A stretch of 64,000 bases of DNA from Candidatus Buchananbacteria bacterium. GTDB taxonomy: Bacteria; Patescibacteriota; Patescibacteriia; 2-01-FULL-39-33. Shown here in pieces: positions 58,027-64,000 of this stretch. The translations under genes and the position numbers were made by a program. Within the stretch, counting starts at the first letter, position 1. Every line of letters starts with the position of its first letter. The stretch spans positions 1,988 through 65,987 of the forward strand of contig CAISTG010000036.1 in NCBI GenBank assembly GCA_903888345.1, in the 5' to 3' direction. The notes under the pieces are model-generated. The model did not search any database. It was not told the DNA's origin and saw only the letters and a program-made list of their open reading frames with translations.

Positions 58027-58263
58027 ATGGGCACTCTAAAAAAATATTGGTGGTTAGTAGCCATAATTTTGGTGTTCATTGTAATTGGATTAATTTGGAA
58101 TATTAAGCTACCTAAGAATATTGAATATTGTGCCAGATATCAGACGCCGACTACTTGTGAGGTCATGGGTTGTGATTGGCCAGGCCCAACTTGTGCTTTA
58201 CCTGGTCAAAATTGTGGCTTTGCTTATAATCCTGACTTAGATAAATGTTTGCCTAAAAAATAG
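58027..58263 (+). CDS. Small secreted or membrane Cys-rich protein of 78 aa.
   Basis: N-terminal transmembrane helix WWLVAIILVFIVIGLIW, then 6 cysteines in 45 residues. Confidence 0.4.
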   Translation: MGTLKKYWWLVAIILVFIVIGLIWNIKLPKNIEYCARYQTPTTCEVMGCDWPGPTCALPGQNCGFAYNPDLDKCLPKK

Positions 58264-58270
58264 AAAATTT

Positions 58271-58972
58271 TTGATGCTTAATTACGAATTAGAACAATTT
58301 AGTGGTCCGCTCGATTTATTACTTAATTTAATCGAAGCGGAAAAGTTGGATATTTCTCAGGTTTCATTAGCCAAGGTTACTGATCAGTATTTGGCATATC
58401 TTGATGCCTCAATTGATTTGCCGGCCACTGAATTGGCAGATTTTTTAGTAGTTGCTACTAAATTGCTGGTTATCAAATCTAAAACTTTGTTGCCGAAGAT
58501 GGCGGACGAGGAAGAGGATAGTGCCGAGCAATTAGAAGCACAACTGAAGATGTATAAGGAATATTTGGAGGCGAGCAAGAAAATTGAGGCGATGATCGCC
58601 TTAAAACATTATGCTTTTACTCGCGAACGATTGCCGATTGACTTTCGACCGAAGTTTTCTCCACCGCCGAATTTACAACTATCCGATTTACAAAGCATGT
58701 TTGAAGAAGTTATTAAACGAATAGAATATGTGACGAGCTTGCCACAAAAGATCATGGAGCGGGCAGTCAGTTTAAAAGAAATGGTTAGCGGTATTAGGGA
58801 GGCCTTGCAACGCGCACAGAAAATGAATTTTCGCGAGGTGATTGCTCAAGCAAAATCTAAGGCTGAAGTCGTTGTCTGTTTTATGGCTTTACTGGAATTG
58901 ATTAAGTCGGGCGAAGCGGCCGTCAATCAAAAAGGAATTTTTGATGAAATCGAAGTTGAAAAAGCAATTTAA
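58271..58972 (+). CDS. scpA: Segregation and condensation protein A.
   Basis: N-terminus FSGPLDLLLNLIEAEKLDISQVSL is canonical for ScpA. Followed by scpB. Confidence 0.8.
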   Translation: MMLNYELEQFSGPLDLLLNLIEAEKLDISQVSLAKVTDQYLAYLDASIDLPATELADFLVVATKLLVIKSKTLLPKMADEEEDSAEQLEAQLKMYKEYLEASKKIEAMIALKHYAFTRERLPIDFRPKFSPPPNLQLSDLQSMFEEVIKRIEYVTSLPQKIMERAVSLKEMVSGIREALQRAQKMNFREVIAQAKSKAEVVVCFMALLELIKSGEAAVNQKGIFDEIEVEKAI

Positions 58973-58983
58973 TAGCGTCATTA

Positions 58984-59604
58984 ATGACAAAAAGAAGTAT
59001 GGATGTAAAAAATAAATTAGAATCATTATTATTCATTTCACATAAACCGTTATCTCTTAATGAGCTTGTGAAATTGTTAACAGAAGAAAAGAGCGTGATT
59101 GAGGCGGCTTTAGCTGAACTGCAAAACGAATATCAGACTCGCGCTGGTGGAATTGAGATTTTACAAGTTGAAGATAAATTTCAAATGGCGGCGAGCGGTG
59201 ATAATGCAGAATTGATCGCTAAGTTTTTAAATACGGAGATGGCTGGTGATTTGACTAAGCCGTCACTTGAAACTTTGACGATTATTGCTTATCGTGGGCC
59301 AATTTCTAAAGTTGAATTAGAGTTAATTCGCGGAATTAATTGCTCGATGATCTTGCGTAATTTATTGATGCGTGGTCTGATCGAATCTAAAGAAGATAAA
59401 GTTAGAGCGACCATTGTTTATCAGATCACTTTTGAATTTTTGAAATATTTAGGCCTAGCGACAGTTAATGAGTTGCCGGATTTTGAAAAGCTAAATCGCA
59501 GCAATAATTTAGAGAAGTTATTACAAGGCCTAGTTGGGGGTGACGCCGAGCAAGAAATCAAAAATGAGGTTACCGAAAGTTTTTCGGCACCGCTTACCAT
59601 TTAA
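58984..59604 (+). CDS. scpB: Segregation and condensation protein B.
   Basis: Two winged-helix domains: LESLLFISHKPLSL and LETLTIIAYRGPISKVELELIRG. Confidence 0.8.
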   Translation: MTKRSMDVKNKLESLLFISHKPLSLNELVKLLTEEKSVIEAALAELQNEYQTRAGGIEILQVEDKFQMAASGDNAELIAKFLNTEMAGDLTKPSLETLTIIAYRGPISKVELELIRGINCSMILRNLLMRGLIESKEDKVRATIVYQITFEFLKYLGLATVNELPDFEKLNRSNNLEKLLQGLVGGDAEQEIKNEVTESFSAPLTI

Positions 59605-59622
59605 TCATAATCTTAATTTATT

Positions 59623-60546
59623 GTGTTTGAAATCATTTTAAACCTGCTTTTAACCAGCATTTTCTTGCGGGCATCGGCTACGAGTTATCTCAATCCGATT
59701 TTACCGGCTAATACTTTGCCGTTGGCGCAACAAAAAATTGAAGCGCCGATACCAGAGCGTGATCCGGCGGCAACTAGCCTGGGCGTTAAAGTAACCGCCA
59801 AAAGCTTTATCGTTGTCGAGCCGGAAAGTGGAGCGGTCTTGTATGAAAAGAATTCACAAGAACCGCGTTCGATTGCTTCGATCACTAAATTAATGACTAC
59901 TTTAGTTTTCTTGGAATATAATCCAGGCTGGGATCAACAAATTACCATGCAGGCCGATGATTTTTCCGCTGGGGCGACGCCGGTCCTGCAAATCGGGGAC
60001 AAGATTACGGTCAGAGACTTATTTTATTCGATGTTGGTGGCATCTTCTAATGAAGCCGCCAAAGCTCTGGCGCGTTCAACTAGATTAAGTTCGGAAGATT
60101 TTGCTTTTCAAATGAATGTACGAGCGAAAGTCTTGGATATGAATAATTCGCAGTTTGTCGAGCCGACGGGACTTTCCATGGATAATCAAGCTTCCGCTGA
60201 GGATATTGTTAAATTAATTCAAGTCGCCTTTTCACATTCCGAAGTTCGCAAGGCTGGTTCTACCAAAAGCTATTCAGTTAAAGTTCTCAATAAAGATGCT
60301 AAGCGAGCCATGGAAAGTACCGACAAAATATTAAAGGAAGATTTTGGCACCAATAACGCTAGCTATAAGATTGAATTTGGCAAAACCGGCTTTATTAACG
60401 CTGCCGGCTATTGTTTTACTAGCCAGGTTAAGGATGATAAGAATCGCAAACTACTAATCGCTGTTTTGGGTAGCTCTTCTACTTATGATCGTTTTACTGA
60501 CACCAAAAGCTTGGCTTATTGGGTTTTTAACAGCTATAAATGGTAG
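59623..60546 (+). CDS. dacA: D-alanyl-D-alanine carboxypeptidase (S11, PBP5/6-like).
   Basis: SxxK (SIASITK), SxN (SSN) and KTG (GKTGF) motifs. N-terminal signal or transmembrane segment. Confidence 0.8.
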   Translation: MFEIILNLLLTSIFLRASATSYLNPILPANTLPLAQQKIEAPIPERDPAATSLGVKVTAKSFIVVEPESGAVLYEKNSQEPRSIASITKLMTTLVFLEYNPGWDQQITMQADDFSAGATPVLQIGDKITVRDLFYSMLVASSNEAAKALARSTRLSSEDFAFQMNVRAKVLDMNNSQFVEPTGLSMDNQASAEDIVKLIQVAFSHSEVRKAGSTKSYSVKVLNKDAKRAMESTDKILKEDFGTNNASYKIEFGKTGFINAAGYCFTSQVKDDKNRKLLIAVLGSSSTYDRFTDTKSLAYWVFNSYKW

Positions 60547-60587
60547 TATAATTGATTAAAATTTTCGCAGTACGAATTTTGAAATTT

Positions 60588-61349
60588 ATGAAAAAAGTAA
60601 TTATCGCTAATTGGAAAATGAATTTAGGTTTCCGTGATAGCATGAAGTTGGCAACGGAATTGGCGAAACAAGTACCGGAGATCGAATTGGGATCGAAGGA
60701 GGTTATTATTTGTCCTTCCGCCAGTTCATTGTTGCTCGTGGCGGAAATCCTAAAAGAGCATTTATTCGGCTTGGGCGTGCAGGATATTTTTTGGGAGGAT
60801 CAAGGTGCCTTTACTGGCGGTGAATCACCGAAATTTATTTATGAGGCGGGTTGCCGTTATGCTATTATTGGACACTCAGAACGACGGCAGTATCTGGCCG
60901 AGACGGATGAAATGGTCCATCAAAAAACCAAGGCGGCTTTAGCGGCAGGCGTGACGCCGATTCTTTGTGTGGGTGAAACTTTCGAAGAACGTAGCCGGAA
61001 TTTAACGGACAATGTTCTGATGAGTCAGGCGATTAAGGCTTTGTCGGGCATTGATTTATTGCCGAACGAGCAATTAGTGGTGGCTTATGAGCCGGTTTGG
61101 GTTATTGGCAGTGGTCGCTCTCTGGATCCGAGCGAAGCGCAACACGCGTTTAGGATTATTTATCAGGCACTGTTGGATCTTTTTCCCTTGCATGTCGTCA
61201 ATAACAATATTCGCATTATTTATGGCGGTTCAGTTGATGGCGTTAATGCGAGCGAATTTGTTGGACTCGAGCATTTCGGCGGTTTCTTAATCGGCGGCGC
61301 CAGCCTAAGAGTTGAAGAATTTATCTCTATTATCAAACAAACCAAATAA
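60588..61349 (+). CDS. tpiA: Triosephosphate isomerase.
   Basis: IIANWKMN, catalytic IIGHSERR and AYEPVWVIGSG motifs. The ORF-track start at 60552 adds 12 residues. Confidence 0.85.
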   Translation: MKKVIIANWKMNLGFRDSMKLATELAKQVPEIELGSKEVIICPSASSLLLVAEILKEHLFGLGVQDIFWEDQGAFTGGESPKFIYEAGCRYAIIGHSERRQYLAETDEMVHQKTKAALAAGVTPILCVGETFEERSRNLTDNVLMSQAIKALSGIDLLPNEQLVVAYEPVWVIGSGRSLDPSEAQHAFRIIYQALLDLFPLHVVNNNIRIIYGGSVDGVNASEFVGLEHFGGFLIGGASLRVEEFISIIKQTK

Positions 61350-61358
61350 ACTTAAAAT

Positions 61359-62216
61359 ATGGGTCGACCAGAAACAGGAGGAAATTATTGGCATCAGCCA
61401 GCATTCGACGCTGAAAATCAGGAGACAGATAATATTTATCAGCGTTTGGAAGATAGTGAGGCGGAAAAGTTGATTAATGAAAGGCTGGGTCAAGAGAAAC
61501 TACAGGAAACTGCTGATGTTTATCATTTATTAGAAAGAGAAGCGGGGTTATTACCGGAATCGTTTGAAAAAACCGAAACCATGGTGGCGGACTTAGCGCG
61601 ATTATTGCTAGAATTAGAAAAAGATTTAGTTAGCTATGATACGATTATTAGTGATGATTCCAGTGGTCGTTTGCCGTCATTGCTCTTAAGGAAGTTGATT
61701 GATGGCAAAAGAAAGGCGGCTGGTTTACCGTTAGTTAAGACGTTTTTTATCGCTAGTGGGCGCCATGATTTTGAGTTACTCAAGGACAAGTTAGCGGAAT
61801 TTATTAAGCAGCATCAGCAGGATAGCAGTAAGTTTTTGCTTGTAACTGAACATATCGGCAGTGGCAAGAGTATTGAAGCGGTAGTGAAATTATTTGAGGA
61901 ATTAAATTTAGATTTTGATTTAGCCGCGATTTCGTTAGCTGACCGTCGCCAGATGTTAAAGGGTGCGGCTAAAAGTTATCCGAATCATTTACGATATGGG
62001 GGACTTAACGATAGTGGTTACTATTTTTATGGCCATCTCGGATCGGGTGTGGTAAAGGATACTTTTGCTCATAATTCTACTGTTAGTATTCATCCGCTCA
62101 AGATTATTAATCATCAAAAACCAGATGCTTTAGAGAGTCAAGAGTTAATTAATAAGGCTCGAAAAAATATCAATTTTTTAGCGGAGCAACTGCAGCCATT
62201 AGTGGAATCGAAATAA
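61359..62216 (+). CDS. Hypothetical protein of 285 aa.
   Basis: ORF with a weak PRTase-like stretch LLVTEHIGSGKSIEAV, not secure. Confidence 0.45.
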   Translation: MGRPETGGNYWHQPAFDAENQETDNIYQRLEDSEAEKLINERLGQEKLQETADVYHLLEREAGLLPESFEKTETMVADLARLLLELEKDLVSYDTIISDDSSGRLPSLLLRKLIDGKRKAAGLPLVKTFFIASGRHDFELLKDKLAEFIKQHQQDSSKFLLVTEHIGSGKSIEAVVKLFEELNLDFDLAAISLADRRQMLKGAAKSYPNHLRYGGLNDSGYYFYGHLGSGVVKDTFAHNSTVSIHPLKIINHQKPDALESQELINKARKNINFLAEQLQPLVESK

Positions 62217-62227
62217 TAATTAAAACT

Positions 62228-63094
62228 ATGATTGTTCACATTAAAAAAATTATTGCTCTAGCGAATAAAGGTGGTTTTGCTGTCGGCGCCTTTAATACTT
62301 CGAATCTCGAAGTTACCTTAGGTATTATCCGTGGTGCAGTAAAAAGAAAATCGCCAATAATTATTCAGATTTCTGAATCAACTATTAAATACGCCGGACT
62401 TAAAAATATTATTGAATTAATTAATCAGTTAGCTTCGACCGATGGCAAAAGCATTCCGATCGCTGTTCATTTAGATCATGGCAAGGATTTCGAGTTGGTT
62501 AAGGATTGCGTGCGAGCGGGTATTTCTTCGGTTCACATGGATGCTTCTGATTTTCCTTATGAAATAAACATCGCCAAAACGAAAAAGGCGGTCGCGTTTG
62601 CTCATAAATTCGGAGCTTACTGCCAGGCAGAGCTGGGGGCAATGATAGGCAAGGAGGGGATGACGAAGATTGTGGTTCCCAAAAATGCTGATGACTACAT
62701 GACTAATCCCGCCCAAGTTAAGGATTTTGTCCGACGAACTGGCGTTGATACTTTAGCGGTTTCGGTTGGAACATTGCACGGGCATTTCGAGGGCAAAGAA
62801 AAAATTGATTTACCGCGAGTAAGAAAAATTCAGCAACAAATACCTAACACTCCCTTGGTGTTGCATGGAGCCTCTGGATCGGTTGCCAGTGAAGTTAGGG
62901 CTTCGATTAAATCTGGTATTAGAATTATCAATATTGACACTGATCTGCGCATCGCCTTTACCAAAACTTTGCGCTCAACTATTAAGACTTTGCCGGCTAA
63001 TTTTTATGACCCGCGTAAAGTCTTGGGGCCGTCGATTGATGCCGTCAGCTCAATGGTTGAAGAAAAAATTAATATTTTTGGCAGCGGTAAGTAG
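62228..63094 (+). CDS. fba: Class II fructose/tagatose-bisphosphate aldolase.
   Basis: FAVGAFN N-terminus. Metal-binding VHLDHG. GTLHG and LHGASG motifs. Confidence 0.8.
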   Translation: MIVHIKKIIALANKGGFAVGAFNTSNLEVTLGIIRGAVKRKSPIIIQISESTIKYAGLKNIIELINQLASTDGKSIPIAVHLDHGKDFELVKDCVRAGISSVHMDASDFPYEINIAKTKKAVAFAHKFGAYCQAELGAMIGKEGMTKIVVPKNADDYMTNPAQVKDFVRRTGVDTLAVSVGTLHGHFEGKEKIDLPRVRKIQQQIPNTPLVLHGASGSVASEVRASIKSGIRIINIDTDLRIAFTKTLRSTIKTLPANFYDPRKVLGPSIDAVSSMVEEKINIFGSGK

Positions 63095-63214
63095 ACTGTC
63101 GAAGGCATTGATTATTACGTTTAATCGTGCTATTATGGGAGTCTAATCGAAGCGTCAGCGTTGAGATCAAAAAGATCGTTTAATCCGGCGAGGCGGTTCA
63201 TAATATTTAAATTT

Positions 63215-64000
63215 ATGTTTTGGATTATATTAATTTCATTAATTTTGGTGGTCAGTTTGGCGGCTTTTTTGTATATTATTTTAAAACGTTTACCCGAACT
63301 TAAGGCACTGGATATTGACAGTATTCCGAAAGAAAAACAGGGCGAGGCAAAAATTAAAATTCTGGAAGCTAAATTTTTACGACAGCGACAAATGAATTCC
63401 GAAAGACTAAATAAAGTTTTAAATCCCGTTAGAAACAAAACAGTTTCTTGGCTCAATCAAGTTCAAGATCAAGTGAAGTTGATGGAAAAAAAGTATCAGC
63501 GAGAAATTCAGGTGGAAGAAGCCAGAACGAAGAGTATCAACGAACTATTTGCCGAAGCGCAAGCCTTTTTAGATAATCAAGATTATACTGCCGCCGAAAA
63601 AAATTTGATTGAAATTATCGCTCGAGACAAAAAGAATCTTAAGGCCTATGAAATGCTGGCCAGCTTGTATCGTCAGGCAAAAAATTACGAACAGGCCGAA
63701 GAAGTGATTAAATATTTAATTAAGCTGCGCTCGCTTAAATTCCGCAAAGATAAAAACATCGAAATTAAAAAGGAAAAAATCGAAGATGCGGAAGCGGAAA
63801 TGCTGGAAACCGTTGACGTTGATAATGAGCTTGCTCGCTATTATGATGATTTAGCCAAGGTGTACGAATTAGCTAATAAAAAAGAACGGGCGCTCGACTC
63901 CTATTTACGGGCTAACGCCATCGAGCCGAATAATCCGAAATATCTAGATAAGGTGATTGAATTGGCTATTGTGGCTGGGGATAAGGGCTTAGCCAAGAAA
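63215..64000 (+). CDS. 5' part of a membrane-anchored TPR-repeat protein that runs off the right edge of the window.
   Basis: ATG near 63215. N-terminal transmembrane helix FWIILISLILVVSLAAFLYIIL. TPR-like helical repeats (AYEMLASLYRQAKNYEQAEE, LARYYDDLAKVYELANKKERALDSYLRA). It is absent from the ORF track because it has no stop within the window. The antisense ORF 63133..63456 is probably spurious. Confidence 0.5.
   Translation, partial: MFWIILISLILVVSLAAFLYIILKRLPELKALDIDSIPKEKQGEAKIKILEAKFLRQRQMNSERLNKVLNPVRNKTVSWLNQVQDQVKLMEKKYQREIQVEEARTKSINELFAEAQAFLDNQDYTAAEKNLIEIIARDKKNLKAYEMLASLYRQAKNYEQAEEVIKYLIKLRSLKFRKDKNIEIKKEKIEDAEAEMLETVDVDNELARYYDDLAKVYELANKKERALDSYLRANAIEPNNPKYLDKVIELAIVAGDKGLAKK

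Noticed and set aside
57768-58079. 103-aa minus-strand ORF rich in F, L and T.
   Set aside because: It is the antisense reading of the Lys/Ala-rich repeat tail of the YbaK-like gene (AAR/AAG codons read as TTT/CTT), a low-complexity artefact.
63133-63456. 107-aa minus-strand ORF near the window end.
   Set aside because: It overlaps a longer + strand frame with an N-terminal transmembrane helix and TPR-like repeats that continues off the right edge. The + strand gene is preferred.

Overview
This window reads as a small, AT-rich, largely Shine-Dalgarno-less bacterial genome with reduced housekeeping proteins, consistent with a CPR/Patescibacteria-like organism (inference, not proven). Most long genes are on the + strand. 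Main contents: (1) ClpC-type AAA+ chaperone (462..2954, minus strand). (2) A complete type IV pilus (T4P) locus at 3.0-20.1 kb: two large secreted surface proteins, pilM, a pilN-like gene with a long N-terminal extension, pilO, a small membrane ORF, pilB, a stand-alone receiver domain, a degenerate pilT-like gene, pilC, the major pilin with a strong terminator, a pilin-like ORF without a prepilin cleavage motif, pilD, and four minor pilins. (3) ligA, then an extra small pilin gene with its own promoter, Shine-Dalgarno site and terminator. (4) A cell-surface glycan module: a processive GT2 synthase with QxxRW, two more GT2 genes, a 23-unit in-register heptanucleotide repeat array, and a large DUF4012-like membrane protein. 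(5) Housekeeping genes: mreB paralog, GT4, trpS, holB, a BNR-repeat lipoprotein, frr, rseP, proS without an editing domain, mreB-mreC-mreD-PBP2, greA, gyrB (minus strand), aspS without a GAD domain, a YbaK-like deacylase fused to a histone-H1-like tail, scpA, scpB, a D-Ala-D-Ala carboxypeptidase, tpiA and fba. (6) The most unusual feature: at least six compact minus-strand transcription units, each with a near-consensus TTGACA-N17-TAnnnT promoter, strong AAAGGAG-type Shine-Dalgarno sites, one to three small proteins of unknown function, and a hairpin terminator. Their start codons sit only ~25-60 bp from the start of a + strand host gene, with an outward-firing consensus promoter in each gap. 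Two of them share a duplicated ~80-bp promoter module. A double-hairpin palindromic repeat element ending in a GAATGACA signature occurs at least twice (31.3 kb and 42.0 kb) with related hairpins elsewhere. No rRNA, tRNA, CRISPR array, integrase or transposase was recognised. Coordinates of small motifs (promoters, terminators, repeats) were counted by eye and may be off by 1-2 nt. CDS coordinates follow the ORF track, with internal-start adjustments in multiples of 3.
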